This document shows positions 11,691-24,200 of a stretch of 64,000 nucleotides of DNA, in pieces. Each line of letters begins with the position of its first letter. Position 1 is the stretch's first letter. Source of the DNA: Malacoraja senta (Eukaryota); NCBI GenBank assembly GCA_038087875.1, contig CM075988.1:1488001-1552000 (forward strand). The letters are read 5' to 3'. Below the pieces are notes generated by a model that saw only the letters and a list, made by a program, of their open reading frames with translations, had not been told where the DNA came from and searched no databases. The position numbers and the translations under genes are program-made.

Positions 11691-14230
11691 AGGCTATGCA
11701 GACTAGAGGGTGTAAGCTATAGGGGAGAGGTTGAGTAGGCTGGGTCTCTATTCCTTGGACCATAGGAGGATGAGGGGTGATCTTTTCGAGGTGTACAAAA
11801 TCATGAGAGGAATAGATCGGGTAGTGGCACAGAGACTCTTGCCCCAAGTAGGGGAATCGAGGACCAGAGGACATAGGTTCAAGGTGAAGGGGAAAAGATT
11901 TAATAGGGAACAGAGGGGTAACTTTTTCACACAAAGGGTGGTGGTGGTGGATGATTGGAGAAAGGCTAACTGAGGAGATGCGAAAGGATTTCATAGGAGT
12001 GAATTGGGACATTTTGTTTTATGGGAAGGATGTAGTAGAGAAATGGAGGACATTTAAAGGTGAAATTTTAAGAGTACAGAATCTTTATGTCCCTGTTCGG
12101 TTGAAAGAAAAGTAATAATTGGAAAGAGCCATGGTTTTCAAGGGAAATTGGACACGGTTCGGAAAAAGAGAGAGATCTACAATAATTATAGGCAGCATGA
12201 AGTAAATTAGGTGCTTGAGGAGTATAAAGAATGTAAAAAGAATCTTAAGAAAGAAATTAGAAAAGCTTAAAGAAGATATGAGGTTGCTTTGGCAAGTAAG
12301 GTGAAAGTAAATCCAAAGGGTTTCTACAGCTATATTAATAGCAAAAGGATAACGAGGGATAAAATTGGCCCATTAGAGAGTCCGACTGGACAGCTATCTG
12401 CAGAGCCAAAAGAGATGGGGGAGATATTGAACAATTTCTTTTCTTCGGTATTCACCAAGGAGAAGGATATTGAATTATGTGAGGTAAGGGAAACAAGGAG
12501 AGTAGCTATGGAAACTATGAGGATCAAAGAAGAGGAAGTACTGACACTTTTGAAAAATATAAAAGTGGATAAGTCTCCAGGTCCTGACAGGATATTCCCT
12601 GGGACATTGGTGGAAGTTAGTGTAGAAATAGCAGGGGCTATGACACAAATATTTCAAATGTCATTAGAAACGGGAATGGTGCCGGAGGATTGGCGTACTG
12701 CGCTTGTTGTTCCATTGTTTAAAAAAGGTTCTAAGAGTAAACCTAGCAATTATAACCCTGTTAGTTTGACATCAGTGGTGGGCAAATTAATGGAAAGGAT
12801 ACTTAGAGATAATATATATAAGCATCTGGATAAACAGGGTCTGATTAGGAACAGTCAACATGGATTTGTGCCTGGAAGGTCATGTTTGACTAATCTTGAA
12901 TTTTTTGAAGAGGTTACTAGGGAAATTGATGAGGGTAAAGCGGTGGATGTTGTCTATATGGATTTCAGTAAGGCCTTTGACAAGGCTCCACGTGGAAGGT
13001 TGGTTAAGAAGATTAAATTGTTGGGTATTAATGGTGGAGTAGCAAGATGGATTCAACAGTGGCTGAATGGGAGATACCAGAGAGTAATGGTGGATAACTG
13101 TTTGTCAGGTTGGAGGCCGGTGACTAGTGGGGTGCCTCAGGGATCTGTGTTGGGCCCACTGTTGTTTGTCATATACATCAATGATCTGGATGATGGTGTG
13201 GTAAATTGGATAAGTATGCAGATGATACTAAGATAGGTGGTGTTGTGGATAATGAACTAGATTTTCAACGTCTACAGAGAGATTTAGGCCATTTGGAAGA
13301 GTGGGCTGAAAGATGGCAGATGGAGTTTAATGCTGAGAAGTGTGAGGTGCTACATCTTGGCAGGACAAATCAAAATAGGACGTACATGGTAAATGTTAGC
13401 AAATTGAGGAATGCAGTTGAATAGAGGGATCTAGGGATAACTGTGCATAGTTCCCTGAAGGTGGAATGTCATGTAGATAGGGTGGTAAAGAAAGCTTTTG
13501 GTGTGCTAGCCTTTATACATCAGAGCATTGAGTATAGAAGTTGGGATGTAATGTTAAAATTGTACAAGGCATTGGTGAGGCCAATTCTGGAGTATGGTGT
13601 ACAATTTTGGTCGTCAAATTATAGGAAAGATGTCAACAAAATAGAGAGAGTATAGAGGAGATTTACTAGAATGTTGCCTGGGTTTCAGCAACTAAGTTAC
13701 AGGGAAAGGTTGAACAAGTTAGGTCTTTATTCTTTGGAGCGCAGAAGGTTAAGGGGGGACTTGATAGAGGTCTTTAAAATGATGAGAGGGATAGACAGAG
13801 TTGACGTGGATAAGCTTTTTCCATTGAGAGTAGGGAAGATTCAAACAAGAGGACATGATTTGAGAATTAAGGGACAGAAGTTTAGGGGTAACATGAGGGG
13901 GAACTTCTTTACTCAGAGAGTGGTAGCTGTGTGGAATGAGCTTCCAGTGGAAGTGGTGGAGGCAGGTTCGATTTTATCATTTTAAAATAAATTGGATAGG
14001 TATATGGACGGGAAAGGAATGGAGGGTTATGGTCTGAGTGCAGGTAGATGGGACTAGGTGAGAGTAAGTGTTCGGCACAGACTAGAAGGGCCGAGATGGC
14101 CTGTTTCCGTGCTGTAATTGTTATATGTTATATGTATGGAACAAGCTGCCAGAGGAGATAGATGAGACTGCAACTATTCTATCGTTTAAGAAACAGTTAG
14201 ACAGGTACATGGATAGGACAGGTTTGGAGG
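11690..14230 (+). mobile_element. CR1 3' end (11690-11945 and 14134-14230) with a nested 5'-truncated CR1 (~11946-14133)
   Basis: Host reads ...FFTQRVV then resumes GTATGGAACAAGCTGCC. Nested copy carries RT ORFs 12289..13236, 13206..13424 (YADDTK), 13443..13985 and ends in a TGTTATA repeat tail. Confidence 0.9.
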
Positions 14231-16031
14231 TAATAAACTTAATATTCTTAATAATCTTGTAGGTTTCAATAACATCCCCTCTTATCCTTCTGAATTCCAG
14301 TGTATTGCAAGCCCAGTCACTCAATTCTTTCAACATGGCCACCCGGGTATTAATCTCTTGAACCTATGCCACACTCCCTCGATAGCAATAATAGCCTGTT
14401 GCCACACTGTTTCACTCTGACTCTATGTTTAACCTTCATGACTCTAAGTGACTTAATCAGATCCTCTCGTTACTCTGCTTCAATGAGAATCACCTTGGTT
14501 GTTGCAATCTACCACATGGCTGAGTACTTCATCTCTGGAAGCATTTTGATCAATCTTCTGCTCTAAAGCCTTGACCTCCTTCCTAATGTATGGTAGCAAG
14601 AACTGAGTATATGGCTGCACCAAAAACAAAGTGCTGGAGGAACTCAGTAGATCTGTGGAGGGAATGGCAGATGATGTTTTGGGTTGGGGAATTCTTCAGA
14701 CTGTTCCAGCTGTGACTAGACTAGTGTTGTATTTAAATTCATCCTGACTTTCTTGTTCTTACACTCGATGCTTTTACTTGAAACCTGACTTCCTTTCTTT
14801 AACCTGCTCTGCCACTTTCAACGAATTGTGCATCTATCCTCCAGATCTCTCGGCTTCTGGAACTATCTTGGAATTATGCCCTCTGATTTATATTGTCTCT
14901 TCTCATTCTTCCTTGGAAGATGGAAAGTGTCACATTTCTCAGCAATAGTGTCTCAACACTACTCCATGCCAAGGACCCCACCTGCTTCAAAAATACCACG
15001 ATCATTCTGGTGCCGCAGAATGATGTGAATGCATTCTTCAATTTCATTGTTATAGCTTTCTGAAGCAGCAAAATATCCCTAGATAATTCCGGGGAGCATT
15101 ATTACATGAAATGAATATGAAACCTTAAAATGTTATCAGGGCAGATTATAGAGTCTGGCTAAATAGTTTTTTTTTTGAAAGACTGTTTTAAAAGAGGAAA
15201 GAGTGGTGGAGACAGATGCAGCAGTTGTGGCAAGAACCCACCCAGGGCAGCGACACCTCCGTTAGATTTCGGGCTGGGGAGATTAGAGCTGGAGGAATGA
15301 GTCCTTGCAAGGATTTTAAAATAATAGTTGTAAAACATCTGGCTTGATCAAAAGCTTGAACAGGTCATTGAGTGTTGAGGTGTTGCACATTTAGTTGCTG
15401 TGATTGCTTTTTGACAGATTTGTCTTTGAATTAATGGAAGATCTCACCACAAGGAGGGTTTATTGTAAATTGGTTCTCTTGCAGGAGGATGTTCAACTCT
15501 TATTTCCCATAACTTCACACTATTCACAATTCTGCTCTCATCGTCTCATTTGAAAATGCTAAGCGTTAGAGAGTCATAGAACTATGCAGCACAAAAACAG
15601 GCCCTTCTGCCCACCTTGTCCATGTTGACCAACTTGGCATATTGGGTGAATCCCATTTATCTGCATTTGGCCAATATCCTTCTAAACTCTTCCCACCCAT
15701 AGATCTGCCCAAATGTCTTGTAAAGGTTATAATTATATCTGCTTCTATAGCTTTCCCTGCTAGCTCATTCCAGATATAGACTACCCTCTGAATGGAAAAA
15801 GTTGCCCCTGGAGTCCCTCTTAAACCTTCTTCTAGTTTCTGGGGCTTGTTAATGGTCGTTTGTTTCCCTTTTATTGTTTATCATCGTGTTACCATTTCAA
15901 CACAAACAACTCAGATCCTCAATAGGAGGAGATTTGGGTTTGAGCTTTGAGTGAATGGCTTTAGTTGGTGACAAATTGCGGTTTTCTTTGGTGTTCTAAG
16001 ATTTCTTAGAACTGACATTTTTCTTCCTCAG

Positions 16032-16196
16032 GTACATTTTGTTCCGGAGAGCAGTACAGTTGCTCAGATTGTTTACACAGATGAACAGGACCGACTATCC
16101 CAACAAGTGGTCTATGCAGCCGATGGGACATCCTACACCTCTGTAGATGGGGCAGAACACACCCTGGTGTACATTCACCAAGCCGACGGGACGCAG
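16032..16196 (+). CDS. PRDM10: PRDM10 internal coding exon A (165 nt, phase 0/0)
   Basis: Acceptor ttcttcctcag, donor gtaagc. Translates [55 protein letters not shown], closely resembling the vertebrate PRDM10 N-terminus as I recall it. Confidence 0.95.
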
Positions 16197-16811
16197 GTAA
16201 GCTGGGTATGGTGGCCTTCTCAGTGCCTCTGGTTGTGTGGCAATTGAATGTTCCTTGAGGCTTTAATGGTGGTGGAGCCAGTGAATAGGAGTGGATAGAG
16301 CACTCTGCCCAGCAATGATTAGAATACTTGCTTTGCTGCCCATTTCCTGACCAAGCATCTGTGTTCTAGATGGGATGTGATGGGAACACTGGAATTGCAT
16401 CTTCCTGGAGGTGTTAATGAGTTATCATTTTATCTTTAATTGTGAGGATTCTGGACATTTATCCAGATGGATGTAATATATAGTAAAGCAGTGTCCTTCC
16501 ATTTTATGATATCATTAAACCCGCGTCTGCGATGTTAGTTAATGGCTCCTCTTGAACATCTGGGATCAAATGTTGGTCTGTGGATTATCACATTGTAATG
16601 TTTTCCTATACTGCACTATGTCAACAGCAGTCTAATAACATTCCTATGAAAGTTGCGACAGAAATCAAGCTCAATAAATGTTGGAACAGTTTGCCTGGAA
16701 GTATTTCCTCTGGGGGTGGGTGCTGGGAACATTGGGCAATAAGAGATCTGTGTAATTGTGATCGGTGATAATTATCGTCTGGTGTAATACCCTCTTTTTT
16801 TCCTCCTGAAG

Positions 16812-16871
16812 GCTGTTTTTACAGATCAGTCCCAGGTAGCATACATTCAACAGGACACAACCACACAGCAG
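16812..16871 (+). CDS. PRDM10: PRDM10 coding exon B (60 nt, phase 0/0)
   Basis: Polypyrimidine tract plus aag acceptor, donor gtacaa. AVFTDQSQVAYIQQDTTTQQ resembles PRDM10 [20 protein letters not shown]. Confidence 0.92.
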
Positions 16872-17066
16872 GTACAAAGGCTATTTTTATAATTTCGCGG
16901 CTAAATTAACAGACCTCTTATTGATGGGGAGCTCTTTTAGCACCAAGTTAAGGGTGGTGGAAGTGTCCATGTGCATGTTGTTGTAGTTTGGACAGGTAAT
17001 TTTGTGTGCATTATTTTTGGTGAGCTGGGGAAGAGATTCCTCTATACATATACATGGAGCAGTGTA

Positions 17067-17490
17067 AGAATGAATGAATGAATGAATAAGCTTATTGGCC
17101 AAGTATTCACATACAAGGAGATAATGGTTCCCAGGAACTTAAATGACTTCACAGATGTGACTGTGGTGTTGTTGATGGTGAGTGGGGTGAGAGGAGGGGG
17201 AGCTCTCCTAAGGTCTACAATCAATTCTACTGTCTTAAGAGCATTGAGCTCTAGGTTGTTGCAATGGCACCAGCTGTGTCACTTCCTGTCTAGGCAGATT
17301 CCTCCCCATCCTGGATCAGTCCAATCAGGGTTGTGTCATCGCAAACTTGAGAAGCTTGACAGAGGAGTCAGTGGAGGTACAATCATTGGTGTAGAGAGAG
17401 TAGAGGAGGGGGGAGAGTACGCAGCCTTGCTGCGCTCCTATGCTGAGGGTTTTGCGGGTCCGATATGTGTTTTCCCAGCCTCACATGCTG
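17067..17490 (-). mobile_element. Rex1-type LINE, internally deleted (RT part fused to 3' tail)
   Basis: Minus-strand IVDLRR...PLTINNTTVTSVKSFKFLG and QGCVLSPLL-like sequence. Tail GGCCAATAAGC..(TTCA)n resembles the copy at 8451-8830. Confidence 0.8.
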
Positions 17491-18380
17491 CTTCCTGTCT
17501 GTCGATAAGCGTCCTTTCCTGCAGTAAATGTCTCCTCGTCTGCGAGTCGCTAATGCCCAGCACAATCTTGTCACGGAACAAGCTGTCCGTCATGCACTGG
17601 CAGAAATGACAGGACTTCGCTAGTGTTCTCGGTGTAGCGAGGACTGATTCAAAGTTTTCACCTGCTTCTTGTTCTCTGTTGTTGAAGAGGTATTGCTCAT
17701 ACGTCTCATTCTTCTCGCTAATGTCGTAGCTCTCGAACGCGCAAATGACCTCGGCCAGTTCTCGGCTCTCCTCGCCGTTGGCGAACACGAAACTGTCGAA
17801 AATCTCCAGTCCTTACGGGCCAATTGTATGGAGAAACAATGCCGTCTAGTATGCTGGCGTTTGTCTGTCTAGCTGTGTGACCACGCTATAGTTTGCCCAC
17901 ATTTGACGCCATGTTTTCCAACCCTCAATCACCCGGCGGTTGATGGTTAATGGGGTCGGTGGTCGTATAACGCTCACGGGAGGCGGACCGGCAGCGTGCT
18001 GTGGAGTGCTATCAGTGGCCGTCTGCGTAGGCCGCTGGTCGCCCGTCTCCTCGTCCACACTCAACTCGGCTTCCTGCTGAGCGGCCGTCTGCCCCACCCC
18101 CTTCGGGTAGCCATGTCGTTTTCCGGCAGGTTTAATATTTTCCGTGTGATAAATGCTGCTCACTCACCAATCCTACGGCAGTTGACAATTTCACTAGTCC
18201 TTAGCTGCTAACTGTTCCAGCTGGGAGCTTCAGGTTGTGGCAGAAAAACGATTCTTTAAGGCACAAAAGCCATGTTCAAGGACAAGCTTTTTCAGACAGT
18301 AACTCCTACGCATGCCCGGAACCCCCGCGCATGCGTGGACTTTATTAAGTCATTAAAGGCACATTACACATATTATAACA
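17490..18380 (-). mobile_element. Gypsy-like gag fragment with possible LTR remnant
   Basis: GWKTWRQMWANY, NETYEQYLFNNREQEAGENFE, LFRDKIVLGISDSQTRRHLLQE. Similar to the gag at 21672..22388. Confidence 0.75.
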
Positions 18381-18466
18381 CCGACTGTTGCCCCATCTGC
18401 ACTAACCCCACCTGCTTGTGCTTGCCCCATATTCCTCAACCTTTCCTATCCATGTACCTGTCCAAA

Positions 18467-20159
18467 TCTATCTATATACCTTTGAAACTGTGTGTGTGGG
18501 TGGGTGGATGTGTGTGTGTGTGTCATTGTGCATGTGAAACGTATCTCCTAGAAAAACAGTCGCCGAAATGGGAACAATTTTACATACTTCAGTAGAGATT
18601 TTCCTTGTGATTTTAGAAATCCACTCCTCTGCACATTTGGCACATTATTTTCATGACTTTTTAATTAAAATTGTTGACCAATCTGACCTGTTTTTTAAAT
18701 ACGACCGCTGCCTAGCTGCTGACATTTCAATAACAGTGACATTTTTACATCTTCTGGTAGTAATTTTCCTTATGATTTCAAAAATCTAATCCTCTATAAA
18801 TTTGGTCCATTTCTCAAGATATTTACTAAAATGTATCACCAAACTGACATTAAAAATATATATATTAAGGTTGCCCAACTGCTGACCTCACAATGGCTTT
18901 CCTCATGCCCCCCCCCCCCCCCGTCGCTCTGGATTAATGCAGCTGCTGTCAACGCGCATGCGCAGTTTTCCATGAGGTACGTTAGCCCACCCATTCCCCC
19001 CCCCCCATTCTTCCAAAGGCTCAGAAAATCGAGAACGTTCTGCAGCAAAGATCCTACAGCTCAGCTCCGCTATAGGATCTTTGTTCTGCTCAATCGCGAG
19101 GTCAGAGGCGCTCACGCGCTGAAGCTTCTCCGCGCTGCCCAAGCGGCTTGTGAAGCCCCGCCCCTCCCATCCCCCGCCCACCGCGCTCAATCAGCTGCCG
19201 GTTTCCAGAGAGTATAGCCGGTTCTGTCTCTCCGTTGTTCGCAGCCCACTCACTCGCCCGGCTCCCCCCCCCCCCCTTCTTCTCACCTCCTCCCCTCTCC
19301 TCCCTCCCTCTCACCCCTCTGCTCTCTACCCGTCACAGGGGACGACCTCCTCTCGGTCCGTGTCCACGGCCCGATCTTCTGTAACGCTGGCGGAAGTTTT
19401 TGGCAGTCCTCAGCAAAGAGCCTATAGCTCGCTATAGGATCTTTGGTCCTCGGATCTCTCCGGGCTCGCTCGGCCCCCGCGACCTGCCGCCCCACCCCAC
19501 TCCTCTCTCTCTCACCCCGTCTCCCTCTTTCTTTCTCCCCTCTCCCTCTTTCTTTCCCCTCTCCCTCTCTGTTTCCCCCCTCCCTCTCTCTCCCCCTCTC
19601 TCTCTCTCTCTCTCTCCTCCTCTCTCTCACTCTCCCCCCTCTCTCTCGCTCTCCCCCTCTCTCTTTCTCCCCCTCTCTCTACCTCCCCCTCCTTCTCTCC
19701 CCCCTCTCTCTCCCCCTCCGTCTCTCTCCCCACTCCCTCCCCTAAACCCCCTTCTCCCCTCAACCCCTCCCCTACCCCCTTCTGCCCCTCTCAGCCTCCC
19801 TCTCTCGCCCCCCCTCTCCTCCCCTCTCTCTCCTCCCATCTCTCTCTCCCTCTCCTCCTCCCCCTCCACCCACTCTCCCTCTGTCTCTTGCCCTTCTGTC
19901 TCTGCCCCTCTCTCTCTGTCCCCATTCTCTCTCTGCCCTCACTCTCTACCCCCCCTATCTAGACGCGCCTGCGAGTTTGGGGCTATTCGTCAGTGGATAG
20001 GGCGGTTATGGGGTAAAAGGAGCAAATTAATAATATTAATATAATAACAAGGAGGGTAGTTAGTGTGGGGGTGGTTAGTGCGTGTGACGCCGCATGCCCC
20101 CCCCCCCCCCGCAACCGCGCATTGAAGGAACAGACCCAACGTGTCTGCACTTGGTCTAG
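18467..20159 (+). mobile_element. Probable non-autonomous Helitron, copy 1
   Basis: Starts A|TCTATCTATATA. Ends with hairpin CAGAC(20131-35)/GTCTG(20143-47) then CTAG|T (20156-59). No TSD. Interrupts a CR1 3' tail. Confidence 0.65.
19490..19960. repeat. CT-rich polypyrimidine low-complexity tract
   Basis: Almost exclusively C/T over ~470 bp. Confidence 0.95.
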
Positions 20160-21212
20160 TTATAATATAAAACTCTGATCTTGGATGTGGATGTATTTAC
20201 TTATGTGTGTATTTGTGTGTTTTTCTGTGATTCACATCTCCTCGAAACCCGACGCGCTAATGGTGATATTTTTACATATTCCAGTAGAGATTTACCTCAC
20301 GATCTCGATAATCGCCTCATCTGAAAATGTGATTAATTATTTCTTGAGTTTTTTTACTAAAATTGTTCACCAATCTGAGATCTTTTTAAAATCTAACGAG
20401 CTGAAGTGAGCTGTATGATGTCACAATGCCTCTGCTCCTCACGGCGAGCTGCGCAGTTTGCAATGCGCAGCCTGCTGGGGACTGTTTTCCACGACCTGCG
20501 AGTTACGTAAACCCTCCCCGCGTAAGTTGCAGCAGCGCCCCGCCCTCTCCCCCCCCCCCCCACCCAGGGCTCTGGATTACGTAACCCCCTGCTTCCGAGG
20601 GCTTCAGAGGTCCAGAGAGGTCCCAAGAGCTGCCGAGGCCCTCCGCCCGTTCGCAGTCAACCCCGTCCGCGCCGCCTGCTTGACGAGCTCAAGTCTGCCC
20701 TCACCCTCTCTCTCTCCCCCACCCTCTCCTCTCCTCCCTCCCCCTTGTCTCCTCCCTCCTCTCCCCCTTCCTCTCCCCCACTTCCCCCCCTCTCCCCCCT
20801 TACCCCCTCTCTCTCCCCCTCCTCCCCCCGCTCCCCTCCCTCTACCCCTCCCTCCCCCTCTCTCTCCCCCTCTCTCCCTTCTCCCTTCCCCCTCCCCCTA
20901 CCGCTCCCCTCCCCCACCACTCACCCCTCCCCCCCTCAGCCCCCCTCTCCACCTCCCTCCCCTTCCCCCTCTCTGCCCCTCCCCCCTCCCCATCTCTCCT
21001 TATTCCCTCCTCCCCTCCCCCCAGCTCCCTCCCCCCTCTATCTTTCTCTGCCGCCCTCTTTCTGCCCCTCGAGATAGGGCGGGGATGGGGTAAAAGGAGC
21101 CAATGAATAATATTTATATAATATCAAGGGGGGTGGTTAGTGGGTGGGTGGGGGGGGTTTGTTAGTGTGTGTTGGGTCTCACCCCCCCCCCCAACGGTCC
21201 CCCTTGGTCTGG
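20160..21212 (+). mobile_element. Probable non-autonomous Helitron, copy 2 (related, diverged)
   Basis: Shares blocks with copy 1 (TTTTACATA..CAGTAGAGATTT, AAAATTGTT.ACCAATCTGA, ATGGGGTAAAAGGAGC, CCCAACG...CTTGGTCT). Termini degenerate. Confidence 0.55.
20695..21070. repeat. C-rich polypyrimidine low-complexity tract
   Basis: Almost exclusively C/T with many C3-C7 runs. Confidence 0.95.
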
Positions 21213-21271
21213 GGTCTTTTAACTATCATGATAGTGCCTGCCTCAACTGCCTCCTCTGGCAACTCGTTCCA

Positions 21272-24200
21272 TGTGACAATAACCATATAATTTATGTATA
21301 TGAGCTGTACTCATATACTCATATACACACATGCTCAGTAAATCAGTCAGTGACCTTTGACTTGGAAATAAATCATTCCTGCTTTTGATCCCAACACGAG
21401 TGTGTGTGGAGCCATCTTTCTCCGTCTAATATGTGCTAGTTTTACCTATATCGTAAGTAGACACATATCAAAACATGGTGGCAGCGGTGCTAGCTGCATG
21501 CATGAGTGGAACAGTATACAGGTCAGTGAGCACACAAAGATAAGACGCAGTGTGTAAATCAGTACTGTGGGGGTCGAGGGTTGAAACGACGTGCTGTTGG
21601 AGACTGTTTAAAGATAACATAAGCTGTTAAGAGCGAGGGGATATGCTGATATTTCAAAATGGCGCAGGCCAGTGTACCTTTCCACGTGGCTCAAAGAGAA
21701 CCGGGTGGAAGAGTGGAAAATGTTTAAACAAATATATGAAAATTCTGCAGTGATAACAGATCTGGATAAGAAGGAGAAACAGTATCAAAAAGCAGTATTC
21801 TTCAATACCCTGACGTTCGAAACGGTAGCAGATGAGACGGATGTGAAAATCATCATCGACAAGATGTCTACCATCATCATAGGAGAGACGAATGAAATGT
21901 ATGAAAGATTCATTTTCAATAAACGAGACCAGAAATCAGGGGAAAGCATTGAATCGTATGTTGCAGAGCTGAAGGAGCTTGCTCTAACATGCAACTTCTG
22001 TGATTGCCTCATTCGAGATTGCATCGTCATTGGTATTGCAGACCAGTCAACTAGGAAGACACGCCTTCAGAAGAGGAATCTGACACTGCAGGGGACTGTG
22101 GACATATGTAGATCCTCGGAGATAACAGCGGCAAGAATTCAGGTCATCGGCAAAGAGCCGACAATACACAAGGTGGAACGATACAAACCGAGGGAAAAGA
22201 TGGTTGATTTTCCTTCGCAGAGGAAGAATCAGGGACCAGTCAAGTTCTGTTTGAGGACACACAAACGCAGGAAGGAGGAATGCCCAGCGTATGGGAAGGA
22301 CTGCAACAGATGTGGACGACAAAACCACTTTGCAGAGGAAGGAGAGCACGCAGAAACGGGGTCTGCACAAGGTCGTAGAGACATCTGACACAACGTCCAT
22401 TTCCGACACAGAGTCTGTGAGTTGCATTGAGATCAATGCAGCTGGAAACAATTCCTCTTCAGGCCTATTCGCTGAGATGCAGGTCGGCACAGAAGCCATC
22501 AAGTTTCAGATTGAATCTGGTGCCGGTGTTAATGTGATTCCCAAGGATCTTGTACCCAACAAAGAGGACATTAGATGAGAGAAAATCATCTTAAAGATGT
22601 ACAACGGATCTAACCTGCTGGCGGAAGATAGGACGAAAGTCATACTCCGGAACGAGACGAACAACAAGAAGTACGGTGTTCACTTCATTGTGGTAGAGGA
22701 AGGCTGGCTCACACCGCTCCTGAGCGGCAAAGCTGCACAACAGATGAAACTCATCACGGTTCACTACGAGAACTTCAAGAACCTGAATGCTGGCTCATTA
22801 CTCAAGAGCTACAATGATGTCTTTGACGTAGAAAGACCGGGGAGACTACCAGGCAAGGTCAAGTTGGTAACGCAGACAGAGGGTGTGACCCCATCACTGT
22901 GTTCTGCAAAGCCGGTACCAGTAGCCACGAAAGGGAAGGTCAAGAATGGTCTCATGAAGCTGGTCGAGCAGGACATCTTGACTAAAGTCGAAGAACCAAC
23001 TGAGTGGTGTAGCAGGCTGGTCGTTACGGAGAAAAAGGACAGCACAGAGTTGAGGTTCTGCATAGATCCTAGATCCCTCAACAAATCCACAGACTACCAG
23101 TCATTGAGGATGTACTCCCTGAGCTGTCCAAGGCAAAGATTTTCTCCAAATTCGATCTGAAGTCAGGATACCTCCACTGCGAACTAGATGAGGGGAGCAG
23201 TTTCCTAACAACCATGAACACTCCTTTTGGGAGATATCGCTGGAAGAGGTTGCCATTTGGACTGAAAGTAAGTGCAGAGATCTTCCAGAGGAAGCTGCAA
23301 CAAGCACTAGAAGGATTAAAGGGAGTGGAATGTGTTGCAGATGCCATCATCCTATTCGGAGTAGGGGACACCAGAGAAGATGCAGAAAGAAATCACGATG
23401 CAAGACTGCAAGATCTTCTTCAGCGATGCAGAGACAAAGGCATCAAGCTGAATTGGAAGAAGTCTGTAGTGAAAACTACTTGTATCACATTTCTAGGACA
23501 TGTAGTTATTGATCGAGGCCTGAAACCAGATCCAGGCTATCCTAGAGATGCCCAACCCAACCAATACAACAGAAATCCAAAGATTACAAGGCAGTGTAAA
23601 CTACTTGGCAAGATTCCTGCCAATGTTTTCGGACACATTTGAGCCTTTGAGGAGATTGACCCACAGGGATGCAGAGTGGGAATGGTCATCAGAACATGAC
23701 ACGGCAATGTCAAAGATCAAGGAGCTGTTGACAACGGCACCTATCCTGGCGTACTACACACCAGATGAACAACTGACCATGCAGTGTGATGCAAGCACGG
23801 CAGGTCTAGGTGGAACACTTATGCAGAAAGGACAATCTCTGTCCTATGTGAGTCGAGCATTGACACCAACCGAGCAGAGATATGTTCAGATTGAGGAGGC
23901 ACTAGCAATAGTGTTTGCCCTCGAGTGCTTTCATCAGTACACCTACGGAGAGTGAGTGATCGTGGAGAGTGACCACAAGCCATTGGAAGTCATAGTTAAA
24001 AAGCCTCTGCATTGAGCACCAAGGCGTCTTCAGGGCATGATGATGAGGATGCTACACTATGACATTGAGATCAAATGGGTAAAGGGAAAAGAGATGTATC
24101 TAGCTGATATGCTCTCCCGAGCATCTCCCGGACACCACAGGATCGACCAGATTCACTGATGTCAATGTAGTTGAGTCCTTGAGCATGGGAGAGGACAAGG

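Noticed and set aside
14600..16031. PRDM10 start-codon exon
   Set aside because: No ATG-initiated segment with a donor resembling the expected short first coding exon was found; it is probably upstream of the window or too diverged to see.
19283..21093. Pro/Ser/Leu-rich and Gly/Glu/Arg-rich ORFs
   Set aside because: Artefacts of C/T low-complexity tracts, which lack stop codons.
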